Below are positions 35,771 to 46,159 of a stretch of DNA of 48,237 bases, one piece after another. The translations under genes and the position numbers were made by a program. Each line of letters opens with the position of its first letter. The stretch's first letter is position 1. A model generated the notes under the pieces. That model ran no database searches. It had not been told where the DNA came from and saw nothing but the letters and a program-made list of their open reading frames with translations. The DNA is from Anaerotignum sp. GTDB lineage: Bacteria; Bacillota; Negativicutes; Selenomonadales; Selenomonadaceae. The stretch covers positions 1 to 48,237 of the forward strand of contig CAVFWX010000002.1 in NCBI GenBank assembly GCA_963626225.1, read 5' to 3'.

Positions 35771-36865
35771 ATGGCGGCAGAGCAGGAAAACAGTGAGCAG
35801 GCTGCAGTTAAGCAGCGTAGAAAGAAAACAGTGCTGGCTGGTGCTGCTGTGCTGCTGGTATTGCTGGGAGTCATCATAGCATATGTTGTATGGGGGCGGC
35901 AGGCTCCTGCACAGGAAGGGGATACGCCTGTTATTGGTATGCTGGATATGCAGCAGCTGATAAAGGCACATCCTGACTATGAGAAGCTCCAGAAGGTGCA
36001 GCAGGAAATAGTCCATCTGGAAAATTCCCTGGCATTAGAGGATTTGAAGCTGCAGCTGCCCCAGCCCCAGGTAGATGACAAGCTTTTTCAGGAAGCGGCT
36101 CAGCAAAAGACCCGTCTGGATCAGCTGGAAAGACATGGAGATCTGGTAAAGCAGCTCAATGAGCTGGCAGAGAAGAAACGTCAAGAGCTGAAGCCTCAGT
36201 TTGATGCTGAGCGTAGTGCTGCCAGTCAGCCTTATCTTAATGAAATCCTGAATCTTCGCATCAAGACTGACAGTGCTGATGTACTAGGGCTTTCCCAGGA
36301 ACAGGTGCAGGAGATGCTGAATCGTATTGACGAGCTGCAGAAGCAGCGGGATCAGGTACTGTCCCAGCTTTCCCAGGAACAGGAGCAGAGATTCAAGGAA
36401 ATCATGGCAGAGGAAGCCGCTGAGCCTATGGCTGAGCTGAAACGGCTGAATGAGCAGGAAAAACAGCAGACGCAGCAAGCCGAGCTAGATAAGGAGCTAG
36501 CGGCCCAGACCCGCAATGCCCAGGCATTGGAGCAGGCTGTTTCCCCTGTAGAGCAGAAAATTAGCACAGCCAAGAAGAAAACTTTGCTGGAAGCCAGGAA
36601 AATCCAGGCTAAGCAGATACAGGACAAGATTTACGGCGACATTGCAGGCAGGGCTGCCAAGCTAGCCATTCTGCACAAGCTAACCTTGATTTTGTCTGAA
36701 CCAGCAGATAATATTCAGGTAGTGGAGCCAGGTATTTCTGATATGAGTAATGACCAGTTAGGTCTGAGGGCTGTTATTGGTATTGACACCTTGGATCTGA
36801 CGGAGGAAATGCTGCAGGAAATGCAGCAGCAGCCATTTCAGCCCATAGATTCATACAAACAGTAG
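35771..36865 (+). CDS. Elongated OmpH/Skp-like coiled-coil protein with an N-terminal membrane anchor
   Basis: TM helix, IGMLDMQQLIKAHP, long coiled coil, C-terminal LDLTEEML. Confidence 0.75.
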   Translation: MAAEQENSEQAAVKQRRKKTVLAGAAVLLVLLGVIIAYVVWGRQAPAQEGDTPVIGMLDMQQLIKAHPDYEKLQKVQQEIVHLENSLALEDLKLQLPQPQVDDKLFQEAAQQKTRLDQLERHGDLVKQLNELAEKKRQELKPQFDAERSAASQPYLNEILNLRIKTDSADVLGLSQEQVQEMLNRIDELQKQRDQVLSQLSQEQEQRFKEIMAEEAAEPMAELKRLNEQEKQQTQQAELDKELAAQTRNAQALEQAVSPVEQKISTAKKKTLLEARKIQAKQIQDKIYGDIAGRAAKLAILHKLTLILSEPADNIQVVEPGISDMSNDQLGLRAVIGIDTLDLTEEMLQEMQQQPFQPIDSYKQ

Positions 36866-36890
36866 ATAAAGCAGGAAAGAGGCTTTTATT

Positions 36891-37334
36891 ATGATGAGTA
36901 AGAAAAGAATTTCAGCCGTTATTATGTCAGCACTGTGTGTAATGGCATTTACTGCCGGCTGTGGCAAGGTAAATATAGGCTATGTAGATGAGTCCCGGAT
37001 TCAGGATGAGGCTCCTCAGATTAAGTCATCTGTAGAAGAAATGCGTAACAAGCTTACAGATGTACAAAATGAGGCTGATCAGCAGCTTCAGGAGGCTCAG
37101 TCCAAGGGAACATCTGATGAGGATATGCAGAAGCTGGTGCAGCAGTTCCAGATGAAGGCAGCAGGTATTCAGCAGCAATACGGTGCCCAGATGAAGACCA
37201 AGCTGGATGCTGCCCTGGATGATGTAGTGAAGGAAAAGAAGTTGGATACCGTTATCAACAGTACCGGCAAGGATGGCATAGCAGTTACTGGTGCCACAGA
37301 TGTTACCGATGAGGTTATCCAGAAGCTGCAGTAA
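36891..37334 (+). CDS. OmpH/Skp family protein, predicted lipoprotein
   Basis: Lipobox-like FTAGC, IGYVD, coiled coil, GATDVTDEVI. Confidence 0.85.
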   Translation: MMSKKRISAVIMSALCVMAFTAGCGKVNIGYVDESRIQDEAPQIKSSVEEMRNKLTDVQNEADQQLQEAQSKGTSDEDMQKLVQQFQMKAAGIQQQYGAQMKTKLDAALDDVVKEKKLDTVINSTGKDGIAVTGATDVTDEVIQKLQ

Positions 37335-37367
37335 GGCAGATAAATACAGGGTAAAGGGGAATTTGCT

Positions 37368-38402
37368 ATGATTATGACCTTAGAGGAGATCGCAGCCCGC
37401 ATCAATGGTCGGCTGCAGGGGGATGGCAGCGTGGAGATTACCGGTATTAACAATATTACCGGGGCAGCTGCTGGAGATATTACCTTTGCTGATGAAAATC
37501 ATGTGGAGGAGGCCAGAGGATGCAAGGCAGCAGCGGTACTACTGCCAGCAGCCATCAATGACCAGCAGAAGGATTTTCCGTTGCCAGCGGTTTTTGTAGA
37601 GGATACCAGGGCAGCCTTTGCCATTATGCTATCCCTCTTTACGCCGCCTATTGTCCATGAGAAGGGCGTAAGTCCGGAGGCACATATCGGTAAGGATGTT
37701 GTTATTGGCGAGAATGTTACCATTATGCCAATGGCCTTTGTAGATGACCATGCTGTCATTGAGGATGGCGTTACCCTTTATCCTCATACCTATATTGGCC
37801 AGTATGCTGTTATTGGCAAGGATTCCGTTATCTATTCCAGTGCCACCATCCGTGAGCACTGCAAGGTAGGTCAGCGGGTTATTGTCCATAGCTCTGCTGT
37901 AATTGGTGCAGATGGCTTTGGCTTTACCAGCAAGAATGGCGTTCATACCAAGGTGCCACAGGTAGGCAATGTAGTGCTGGAGGACGATGTGGAAATCGGT
38001 GCCCATACCGGCGTTGACCGTGCTACCATTGGCTCCACCATTATTGGCAAGGGCACTAAGATTGACAATCTGGTTCATATTGGCCACAACTGCCATATTG
38101 GCTCTGGAAACCTTATCGTTGCTCAGACAGGCATCTCCGGTTCCACCAACTCTGGCCCAAATGTTACCTTTGGTGGTCAGACCGGTACTGTAGGTCATAT
38201 CAACATCGGCGGCAATTCCGTCTTTGCTGCCCGTAGCGGCATTATGAACAATACTCCTGAGGGAGTATTCTATGCAGGCTTCCCAGCTCGTCCTCATCAG
38301 CAGTGGCTCCGCATGGAGGCTCATGTCCAGAAGATCGTGGAAATGAACAAGCGGCTGAAGGATATGGAAAAGAAGCTGAAGGCCATGGAGGAAGGCAAAT
38401 AA
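37368..38402 (+). CDS. lpxD: UDP-3-O-(3-hydroxyacyl)glucosamine N-acyltransferase
   Basis: Hexapeptide repeats, IGADGFGF, KVPQVGNV, TKIDNLVHIGHN. Confidence 0.96.
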   Translation: MIMTLEEIAARINGRLQGDGSVEITGINNITGAAAGDITFADENHVEEARGCKAAAVLLPAAINDQQKDFPLPAVFVEDTRAAFAIMLSLFTPPIVHEKGVSPEAHIGKDVVIGENVTIMPMAFVDDHAVIEDGVTLYPHTYIGQYAVIGKDSVIYSSATIREHCKVGQRVIVHSSAVIGADGFGFTSKNGVHTKVPQVGNVVLEDDVEIGAHTGVDRATIGSTIIGKGTKIDNLVHIGHNCHIGSGNLIVAQTGISGSTNSGPNVTFGGQTGTVGHINIGGNSVFAARSGIMNNTPEGVFYAGFPARPHQQWLRMEAHVQKIVEMNKRLKDMEKKLKAMEEGK

Positions 38403-38423
38403 GCCTCCTAAAAAAACAAATAT

Positions 38424-38510
38424 AGAACTCCCACTAAAAGCTAGGTCATGTCTGAGGCGATTGCCTTTAAAACACGCTCCTAAAGCATTTTTAGCTGGGA
38501 GTTTTCTTTT
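38424..38510 (+). terminator. Long inverted repeat after lpxD, probable terminator
   Basis: AGAACTCCCA.CTAAAA / TTTTAG.TGGGAGTTTT arms enclosing an AGGC-gatt-GCCT hairpin, then a T-rich tail. Confidence 0.5.
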
Positions 38511-38563
38511 TGTCCCGAAAAGTGTAAAATAAGGTAAATACGCGTAAACGGGGGAATTAGCAG

Positions 38564-39439
38564 ATGTATTATATGATGAAAATATTTAGCTGGCTGGCCT
38601 GCCAGTTTTCCATGAAAAGCTGTATCAGCCTGGGAAATTTTCTGGGGAAGCTTACCTGGCTGGTTGTACCGCCAAAGCGGAAAAAGCTGGGCATAGACAA
38701 TGTAATCCGCTGCCTCCATGTGGACGAAAAGCGGGCAGAGGAAATTGTCAAGGCATCCTGGGTACAGTTTGGGCCTATGCTTATGGAGGTGCTCCGCTAT
38801 CCTGAGCTTATCAAGGATGGGCAGATGCAGCAGCATGTATCCATTGAAGGGCTGGAATATCTTCAGGAAGCCATCAAGGAGGGCAGGGGAGGCATTATTG
38901 CCACCAACCATAGCGATAGCTGGGAAATCATGGGTGCGGCACTGGCACAGTATGGCGTACCACTGGTAGGGGTGGCAAAGAAGCAGAAAAACAGCCAGGC
39001 AGATAAATTCATTATGGAGTACCGGGAGCTGTCCGGTATGCACATCACCTATAAATCTGATGTGCGGGAAATGTTCAAGATGATAAAGGAAGGCTGGATG
39101 ATTGGCCTTATTATGGATCAGGATCCAAGCTTGAAGGATGGCATTATTTTGGATTTCTTTGGCAGAAAGACCAACTGCGTTACCGGCCCTGCAGCACTGG
39201 CACGGGGACAAAATTCTCCTATCTTTGCAGGACAGATTTGCCACCGTCCTGACGGGGGACATCATATTACCATCCAGCCTCCGATCTATGTGGAGCGGAC
39301 GAAAAACAAGCAGGAGGATATCCGTCGCACCATGCAGCAACTGCTGAATATGCTGGAGGAGCAGATAAAAAATCATCCAGAGGATTGGTTCTGGCTCCAT
39401 GACCGCTGGCGTTCTGTTCGTTCCTTGGGATTGGACTAA
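38564..39439 (+). CDS. Lipid A late acyltransferase (LpxL/HtrB family)
   Basis: H-x4-E motif NHSDSWE, LIMDQD, FFG, PEDWFWLHDRW. Confidence 0.9.
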   Translation: MYYMMKIFSWLACQFSMKSCISLGNFLGKLTWLVVPPKRKKLGIDNVIRCLHVDEKRAEEIVKASWVQFGPMLMEVLRYPELIKDGQMQQHVSIEGLEYLQEAIKEGRGGIIATNHSDSWEIMGAALAQYGVPLVGVAKKQKNSQADKFIMEYRELSGMHITYKSDVREMFKMIKEGWMIGLIMDQDPSLKDGIILDFFGRKTNCVTGPAALARGQNSPIFAGQICHRPDGGHHITIQPPIYVERTKNKQEDIRRTMQQLLNMLEEQIKNHPEDWFWLHDRWRSVRSLGLD

Positions 39440-39463
39440 AAAGAAAAATTTTTATTTGACTTA

Positions 39464-39492
39464 TTGACATTTTGACGAATTAGCGGTATATT
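39464..39492 (+). promoter_or_regulatory. Sigma-A promoter of the hrcA-dnaK operon
   Basis: TTGACA-17 nt-TATATT. Confidence 0.8.
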
Positions 39493-39503
39493 ATGTTCAT
39501 AAG

Positions 39504-39530
39504 TTAGCACTCACTTAATGGGAGTGCTAA
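39504..39530 (+). promoter_or_regulatory. CIRCE element (HrcA operator)
   Basis: Perfect TTAGCACTC-N9-GAGTGCTAA upstream of hrcA. Confidence 0.98.
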
Positions 39531-39548
39531 TAAAGAGGAGGCTAGAGA

Positions 39549-40583
39549 ATGCTGAAGGCTTTAGATGATCGAAAAAAACGCATCCTGCAGGCTGTAGTCC
39601 AGGATTACATCACCTCAGCCGAGCCAGTAGGCTCCAGAACTCTGGCTAGGAAATATGACTTGGGAGTCAGTGCTGCTACCATCCGTAACGAAATGGCGGA
39701 TTTGGAGATGCTGGGCTACCTGGAGCATATCCACACATCCTCTGGCAGGGTTCCTTCCTCCAAGGGCTATCGGCTGTATGTGGACACGCTGCTGCCGGTA
39801 CAGCCTATGACGGAGCAGGAAAAGGACACCATCAACAAATGGTACCAGAGCAAGGTACAGCAGGTGGATCAGGTTTTTCAGGAAACTGCCAAGATAATAT
39901 CCCGCATGACCAGAAATGTTTCCCTGGTGCTGGCACCACAGATTTCCACAGCAGCTTTTCGCTGCATGCAGTTTTTGCCATTAGATGACCATCGGGTTAT
40001 TGCAGTGCTTATGACTGATGCAGGCTTTGTGGAAAACCGGATTATGGAAATGCCGCCAGGGGCAACCTTTGAGGATTTCCAGCGGATGGCCAAGGTTATC
40101 AATGAAACCCTGGCAGGACATACCCTGGGAGCCATTCAGGGAGGCAGCCTGAAGAAGATAGAAAAGGAAATCGGGGACAGCGGCTTATATGAATCAGCCC
40201 TGCACCTGATAGACAAGGCACTGGATTCCCAGAAGAAGGAAAGGCTTTATCTGGGAGGCACCACGGAGATGCTGGAGCAGCCGGAGTTCCACAATGTGGA
40301 CAAGGTAAAGGAGCTGCTGGTGATGCTGGAAAAGGATCAGCTCATGAAGGATATCCTGAAAGCGCACTTAGGAGATGGCCTGACGGTAAGCATCGGCCAG
40401 GAAAACGAGTACAGTGGCATAAAGGATTGCAGTATCATAACGGCTACCTACCATCTTGATGGGGAGCTGCTGGGCTCCATGGCAGTGCTGGGGCCAACCC
40501 GTATGGAATACGGCAGGACCATGTCCCTGCTGAACTACATGAATCAGAATCTTACCGAGGTAATCAAAAGATTGCAATGGTAA
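39549..40583 (+). CDS. hrcA: Heat-inducible transcription repressor HrcA
   Basis: EPVGSRTL, SAATIRNEMADLE, HTSSGRVPS.KGYRLYVD, LGPTRMEY. Confidence 0.97.
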   Translation: MLKALDDRKKRILQAVVQDYITSAEPVGSRTLARKYDLGVSAATIRNEMADLEMLGYLEHIHTSSGRVPSSKGYRLYVDTLLPVQPMTEQEKDTINKWYQSKVQQVDQVFQETAKIISRMTRNVSLVLAPQISTAAFRCMQFLPLDDHRVIAVLMTDAGFVENRIMEMPPGATFEDFQRMAKVINETLAGHTLGAIQGGSLKKIEKEIGDSGLYESALHLIDKALDSQKKERLYLGGTTEMLEQPEFHNVDKVKELLVMLEKDQLMKDILKAHLGDGLTVSIGQENEYSGIKDCSIITATYHLDGELLGSMAVLGPTRMEYGRTMSLLNYMNQNLTEVIKRLQW

Positions 40584-40615
40584 CAATATAGACAAGATTG
40601 AAGAGGTGAAGGTTA

Positions 40616-41203
40616 ATGCCTTTGGAAAATGAAGACTTGAAGGAAAAGACAGAGAATGCAGAGGCCCAGGCGGCAGAAAAGCCTGAGGATGCTGATACAG
40701 AGGCTCAGGCAGCTAAAGCAGAGGGGGATGCAGATTCCCAGGAGCAGGAAGCAGCCAAGGAGTTGGAGGATTTGAAAAAGCAGCTTTCTGACGGCGTGGA
40801 GCGGATGAAACGTCTTCAGGCGGATTTTGAGAATTTCCGCCGTCGTACCCGTCAGGAAAAGGAAGAGCTTTCCAACATGGTGGTGCAGGACTTCATTAAG
40901 GAGCTACTGCCAATGCTGGATAACTTCGACCGGGCCATGGCAGCCGAGGCCACTGACGCAGCCAAGTTCCAGCAGGGTGTGGAGATGATTTACAACCAGC
41001 TGGCGGAGGTATTAAAGTCCAAGGGCCTGGAGAAAATCGACACCACTGATGCTAAGTTTGATCCAAACTTCCATCAGGCAGTAATGCGGGTGGAAAATCC
41101 GGATTTGGAAGATGAGGCCATTGCCATGGAGCTGCAGAAGGGCTACATGGTGAAGGGCAAGGTTATCCGCCCTGCCATGGTACAGGTTGTGGCCAACAGC
41201 TAA
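40616..41203 (+). CDS. grpE: Nucleotide exchange factor GrpE
   Basis: RLQADFENFRRR, FDPNFHQA, LQKGY, VIRPAMV. Confidence 0.97.
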   Translation: MPLENEDLKEKTENAEAQAAEKPEDADTEAQAAKAEGDADSQEQEAAKELEDLKKQLSDGVERMKRLQADFENFRRRTRQEKEELSNMVVQDFIKELLPMLDNFDRAMAAEATDAAKFQQGVEMIYNQLAEVLKSKGLEKIDTTDAKFDPNFHQAVMRVENPDLEDEAIAMELQKGYMVKGKVIRPAMVQVVANS

Positions 41204-41286
41204 GCTAACGATTGGCAGTGCCATGAGATATGGGCTGCCAGATTAAATATGTAAAGTTTCTTAATTATTTAAGGAGGAAATAGATT

Positions 41287-43131
41287 ATGTCTAAAGTAAT
41301 AGGTATTGATTTGGGTACTACCAACTCCGTAGTATCCGTTATGGAAGGCGGCGAGCCTACAGTTATTACCAATCCTGAAGGAAGCAGGATTACCCCATCC
41401 GTTGTTGGTTTCACTAAGACTGGTGAGCGTCTGGTAGGCCAGCTGGCAAAGCGTCAGGCTGTATCCAACCCTGACCGTACCATTTCTTCCATTAAGCGTC
41501 ATATGGGCGAGAAGAGTTATACTGTATCTGTTGACGGCAAGAGCTACACCCCACCAGAGATTTCTGCTATGATTCTCCAGAAGCTGAAGGCTGATGCCGA
41601 GGCTTATCTGGGTGAGAAGGTAGACAAGGCTGTTATTACTGTACCAGCTTACTTCAACGACAGCCAGCGTCAGGCTACCAAGGATGCCGGCCAGATTGCA
41701 GGCCTGGAGGTTCTCCGTATCATCAACGAGCCAACTGCAGCAGCTCTGGCTTATGGTATCGACAAGGACGAGACCCAGACTGTATTGGTATTTGACCTGG
41801 GCGGCGGTACCTTCGATGTATCCATCATGGACATTGAGGACGGCGTATTTGAGGTTCGTGCTACCAATGGTGATACTCATCTGGGCGGCGATGACTTTGA
41901 CCATGCTGTTATGCAGTGGATTGTGGACGAGTTCAAGAAGGAAAATGGCATTGACCTGTCTGCTGACAAGATGAGTGCCCAGCGTGTTATCGAGGCTGCT
42001 GAGAAGGCCAAGATCGAGCTGTCCAACATGGTTTCCACCAATATCAACCTGCCATTTATCACTGCTGATGCCAGCGGCCCTAAGCACCTGGATCTGACTC
42101 TGACCCGTGCCAAGTTCGATGAGCTGACTGCTGACCTGGTAGAGCGTACCATGGTTCCTACCCGCAAGGCTATGCAGGATGCAGGTCTTTCTGCCAGCGA
42201 GATTACCAAGGTTCTCATGGTTGGCGGTTCTTCCCGTATTCCTGCTGTTCAGGAAGCTGTTCGCAAGTATCTGGGCAAGGAGCCACATCGTGGCATCAAC
42301 CCTGATGAGTGCGTATCTGTTGGTGCTGCTATCCAGGGCGGCATCCTTTCTGGTGATGAGACCAATGCCAAGGATGTAGTTCTGCTGGATGTAACTCCAC
42401 TGTCCCTGGGCATTGAGACCCTGGGCGGCGTTTGCACCAAGATCATTGAGCGCAACACCACCATTCCTACTTCCAAGAGCCAGGTATTCTCCACTGCTGC
42501 TGACAACCAGCCAGCTGTTGAGATCCATGTACTTCAGGGCGAGCGTGAAATGGCTGCCGGCAATAAGACTTTGGGCCGCTTCAGCCTTACCGATATCCCA
42601 CCAGCTCCACGTGGCGTACCTCAGATCGAAGTTACCTTTGATATCGACTCCAACGGTATCGTGCATGTATCTGCCAAGGATCTTGGTACTGGCAAGTCCC
42701 AGAACATTACCATTCAGTCTGACAGCGGCATGAGCAAGGATGATATTGACCGTATGGTCAAGGAGGCTGAGGCTCACGCAGCAGAGGACAAGGCTCAGAA
42801 GGAAAGCATCGAGATCCGCAACAACGCTGACTCCATGGTATATCAGGCTGAAAAGCTCATCAAGGAGATGGGTGACAAGGCTGAGGCAAGCCAGGTAGAA
42901 AAGGCAAAGGCTGCTATTGAGAAGGTTAAGGAAGCCCTGAAGGGTACTGATACCGAGGCCATCAAGAAGGCTACCGAGGAGCTTCAGGAGCCACTCCATG
43001 CCATTAGTGCAGCTGCTTATCAGCAGGCTCAGCAGGCACAGCAGCAGGCAGGTGCCCAGCAGGATGCCGGTGCACAGTCTGGTGCCAAGAAGGACGACGA
43101 TGTAATCGACGCCGAGTTTACTGAAAAATAA
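41287..43131 (+). CDS. dnaK: Molecular chaperone DnaK
   Basis: [39 protein letters not shown]. Confidence 0.99.
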   Translation: MSKVIGIDLGTTNSVVSVMEGGEPTVITNPEGSRITPSVVGFTKTGERLVGQLAKRQAVSNPDRTISSIKRHMGEKSYTVSVDGKSYTPPEISAMILQKLKADAEAYLGEKVDKAVITVPAYFNDSQRQATKDAGQIAGLEVLRIINEPTAAALAYGIDKDETQTVLVFDLGGGTFDVSIMDIEDGVFEVRATNGDTHLGGDDFDHAVMQWIVDEFKKENGIDLSADKMSAQRVIEAAEKAKIELSNMVSTNINLPFITADASGPKHLDLTLTRAKFDELTADLVERTMVPTRKAMQDAGLSASEITKVLMVGGSSRIPAVQEAVRKYLGKEPHRGINPDECVSVGAAIQGGILSGDETNAKDVVLLDVTPLSLGIETLGGVCTKIIERNTTIPTSKSQVFSTAADNQPAVEIHVLQGEREMAAGNKTLGRFSLTDIPPAPRGVPQIEVTFDIDSNGIVHVSAKDLGTGKSQNITIQSDSGMSKDDIDRMVKEAEAHAAEDKAQKESIEIRNNADSMVYQAEKLIKEMGDKAEASQVEKAKAAIEKVKEALKGTDTEAIKKATEELQEPLHAISAAAYQQAQQAQQQAGAQQDAGAQSGAKKDDDVIDAEFTEK

Positions 43132-43236
43132 TTTTAGCTAGAATTTAGTATGGGCTGCCGCCCCGGTGTATGTGCCTATGGCCACTGCATAAAGGTGGCA
43201 GCTCATATTTGTGTATAACAGGTAAAGGTGAGATAA

Positions 43237-44391
43237 ATGAGCGAAAAGCGGGATTATTATGAGGTTCTGGGCATCAAAAAGGGAGCCTCTGATGACGAAA
43301 TCAAAAAAGCCTATCGCAAAATGGCGATTAAATATCATCCAGACCGCAACCTGAAAAACAAGGAAGAAGCCGAAGCACACATGAAGGAAATCAATGAGGC
43401 CTATGATGTGCTGAAGGATCCGCAGAAAAAAGCCCAGTATGACCAGTTCGGCCATGATGCTTTCTCCCAGGGAGGAGGAGCTGGCGGAGCCGGTGGCTTT
43501 GGTGGTTTCGGCGGCTTTAGCAGCGGCGGTTTCGGTGATTTTGGAGATATCTTCGACACATTCTTTGGTGGCGGCAGAGGCAATGCCCGCCGCAACGGCC
43601 CTGAGCAGGGTGCGGATCTCCGCATAGATATTGAACTGACCTTTGAGGAAGCAGCCTTTGGGGTGGAGAAGGAGTTGAAGGTGCCACGGACTGAAAACTG
43701 CACAGCTTGCGGCGGCACCGGTGCTGCCAAGGGAACCAGCCCTGAGGAGTGCCCTCAGTGCCATGGCTCTGGCCAGGTACAGTCCTACGCCAATACTCCA
43801 TTTGGCCGTATGGTAAATTCCCATGTCTGCGAGCGGTGCAGCGGCTCCGGCAAGATCATCAAGACTCCATGCAAGGAGTGCGGCGGCCGTGGCCAGAAGA
43901 AGGTCAATAAGACCATCAAGGTAAAGATTCCGGCAGGTATTGACGAAGGACAGCGTATCCGTGTGGCCGGTGGCGGTCAGGCAGGCCGTCGTGGTGGCCC
44001 AAGCGGCGACCTCTATGTATATGTATATATCAAGCCTCATGAGCTCTTTACCCGTGAGGGCTATGATGTGCTCTGCGAGGTGCCTGTAACCTTCGTTCAG
44101 GCAGCCTTGGGAGATACTGTGGAGGTGCCTACCATTCATGGCAAGGTAGAGATGAAGATCGCCCCTGGCACCCAGTCTGGCACTGTAATGCGTCTCCGGG
44201 GCAAGGGCATACCTATGCTCCGCCGTAACGGCAACGGCGATCAGCATGTCCGCATCAAGGTGCTGACACCCCAGAAGCTGTCTGACAGGCAGAAGGAGCT
44301 GCTGAAGGAATTCGGTGAAATCAGCGGTAATAAGGTAAATCCAGAGCAGGATAGCTTCCTGAACAAGGTGAAGAAGTTCTTCAATAGCTAA
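43237..44391 (+). CDS. dnaJ: Molecular chaperone DnaJ
   Basis: J domain with HPD, G/F-rich linker, four CxxCxGxG repeats. Confidence 0.99.
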   Translation: MSEKRDYYEVLGIKKGASDDEIKKAYRKMAIKYHPDRNLKNKEEAEAHMKEINEAYDVLKDPQKKAQYDQFGHDAFSQGGGAGGAGGFGGFGGFSSGGFGDFGDIFDTFFGGGRGNARRNGPEQGADLRIDIELTFEEAAFGVEKELKVPRTENCTACGGTGAAKGTSPEECPQCHGSGQVQSYANTPFGRMVNSHVCERCSGSGKIIKTPCKECGGRGQKKVNKTIKVKIPAGIDEGQRIRVAGGGQAGRRGGPSGDLYVYVYIKPHELFTREGYDVLCEVPVTFVQAALGDTVEVPTIHGKVEMKIAPGTQSGTVMRLRGKGIPMLRRNGNGDQHVRIKVLTPQKLSDRQKELLKEFGEISGNKVNPEQDSFLNKVKKFFNS

Positions 44392-44442
44392 TGAATCTAT
44401 AGACTTATGCAGTACTGGTGGTAGTGAAAGAGGAGAGATTGT

Positions 44443-45393
44443 ATGAAATGGTGCGAGGTCAGCATCCAGACCAGCCATGAGGCTGTGGAGCTTATTGCAG
44501 AGATTTTCAGGGATTTGGGAGCTTCCGGTGTTGTTATCGAGGATCCGGAGCTGGTAAATGATTATATTACCTCCGGCAAATGGGACTATACCGACATCCC
44601 TATTGCCAAGGAAACAGAAGTGGTAACAGAAAAGGCATATCTGCCGGTAAACGGGGAGCTAGAGGGCCGTATTCAGACCCTGAAGCAGGAAATCAAGGCA
44701 CTGGAGTCCAGAGGGGTGAATACTGCCCCTTGCCTTATGTCCACTGCTGAGCTGCAGGATGAAGATTGGTCAGATACATGGAAGCAGTATTTCCACACGG
44801 AAAAGCCTGGTGAGAAAATCGTCATCAAGCCTACCTGGGAAAGCTATGAGGCAAAGGCTGACGAGGTAGTTATCGAGCTGGATCCAGGTGCGGCCTTTGG
44901 TACCGGCACCCATGCCACCACCTCCATGTGCATCCGCCAGCTGGAGAAACTGGTAAAGCCTGGTATGACTGTCTTTGATGTAGGCACTGGTTCAGGCATT
45001 CTTTCCATTATTTCTGCCAAGCTGGGAGCTAAGAATATCCAGGCTGTAGACTATGATGATTCTGTTTTGAAGATTGTCCAGGAGAATCTGGAGCAGAATC
45101 ATGTGGAGAATGAAATCAGCGTTGCCCAGAGCGATCTTATGCAGAATATCCATGGCAAGGCAAATCTGGTTATTGCAAATATCATTGCAGATATTATCAT
45201 TCGTCTCTTTGACCAGCTGGATGAGCATCTGGAGGAAAATGGCGTGCTGCTCACCAGCGGTATTATCCAGGATCGGATTCAGGATGTGCTGGATGCGGCA
45301 GAGGCTCATGATTATGCCGTGGTAGAACGACATGAAAGCAAGGGCTGGGCCTGCATTACCTTCCAGCGGAAGGCTGATTTGGCCAAGGCATAA
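44443..45393 (+). CDS. prmA: 50S ribosomal protein L11 methyltransferase
   Basis: LDPGAAFGTGTHATT, DVGTGSGIL, ANIIA. Confidence 0.96.
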   Translation: MKWCEVSIQTSHEAVELIAEIFRDLGASGVVIEDPELVNDYITSGKWDYTDIPIAKETEVVTEKAYLPVNGELEGRIQTLKQEIKALESRGVNTAPCLMSTAELQDEDWSDTWKQYFHTEKPGEKIVIKPTWESYEAKADEVVIELDPGAAFGTGTHATTSMCIRQLEKLVKPGMTVFDVGTGSGILSIISAKLGAKNIQAVDYDDSVLKIVQENLEQNHVENEISVAQSDLMQNIHGKANLVIANIIADIIIRLFDQLDEHLEENGVLLTSGIIQDRIQDVLDAAEAHDYAVVERHESKGWACITFQRKADLAKA

Positions 45394-45402
45394 GGAGATG
45401 CT

Positions 45403-46158
45403 ATGAGGCGGATTTTTATCAAGTCCCTGTTGGCAGATAACCTTACTATCACTGGTGGTGATGCCCATCACCTGGGACGGGTTATGCGGGCCAAGGCAGG
45501 GGATCACATTGTAGTAGCCGATGATATAGGCCAGGTGGGAGAGTATAGCATCACAGGCTTTACGGAAAATACCGTGGAGCTGCAGCTGGAGCAGTATATC
45601 CAGGAGGAAACGGAGTCCCCGGTGGAGCTGATATTGGCTCAGTGCCTGCCTAAGGGAGATAAGCTGGAGCTTATTACCCAGAAGGCCACAGAGCTGGGGG
45701 TAAATACTATCGTTCCTTTGGCCAGCGACAACTGCGTAGTAAAATACGATGGCAAAAAGGCTGCTGCCCGTCAGGAAAAATGGCAGAAAATTGCCAATGA
45801 ATCCGGTAAGCAATGTGGTCGTAGCTGCCTGCCTACAGTGGAGCCTATTGCACCCTTTGGCCAGTGGCTTAGGGAAATTGCAGAGATTGCCAAGAAAGAT
45901 GGCATAGCTATCTGTATGTGCTATGAAAACGAGGAGCAGCAGGGCATTAAGGCTTTTTTGCAGGCTCATAGGGAAACCAAGAAGCTTGTATTCATCATTG
46001 GTCCAGAGGGAGGTTTTTCTCTGGCAGAGGCTCAGTTGGCAAGGGATTTAGGTATTGCCTCAGTAAGCCTGGGCACACGTATTCTGCGGGCAGAGACAGC
46101 GGCAATTGCGGCAGCTGCCGTAATACAGTATGAAATCGGGGACTTAGGAGGAAGATAA
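45403..46158 (+). CDS. rsmE: 16S rRNA (uracil1498-N3)-methyltransferase
   Basis: HHLGRVMR, QKATELGV, IGPEGGF, LGTRILRAETA. Confidence 0.96.
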   Translation: MRRIFIKSLLADNLTITGGDAHHLGRVMRAKAGDHIVVADDIGQVGEYSITGFTENTVELQLEQYIQEETESPVELILAQCLPKGDKLELITQKATELGVNTIVPLASDNCVVKYDGKKAAARQEKWQKIANESGKQCGRSCLPTVEPIAPFGQWLREIAEIAKKDGIAICMCYENEEQQGIKAFLQAHRETKKLVFIIGPEGGFSLAEAQLARDLGIASVSLGTRILRAETAAIAAAAVIQYEIGDLGGR

Positions 46159-46159
46159 T

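Noticed and set aside
39455..39477. Three TTGAC repeats upstream of hrcA as a CtsR box
   Set aside because: Period is 8 bp, whereas CtsR heptads repeat every 10 bp; one copy is simply the -35 element
41269..42999. 576-aa minus-strand ORF antisense to dnaK, and a 446-aa ORF antisense to dnaJ
   Set aside because: Well-known shadow ORFs produced by codon bias in highly expressed genes; no SD, promoter or recognisable protein motifs
43021..43085. CAGCAGGC-type repeats at the dnaK 3' end
   Set aside because: They encode the ordinary Gln/Ala-rich flexible tail of DnaK
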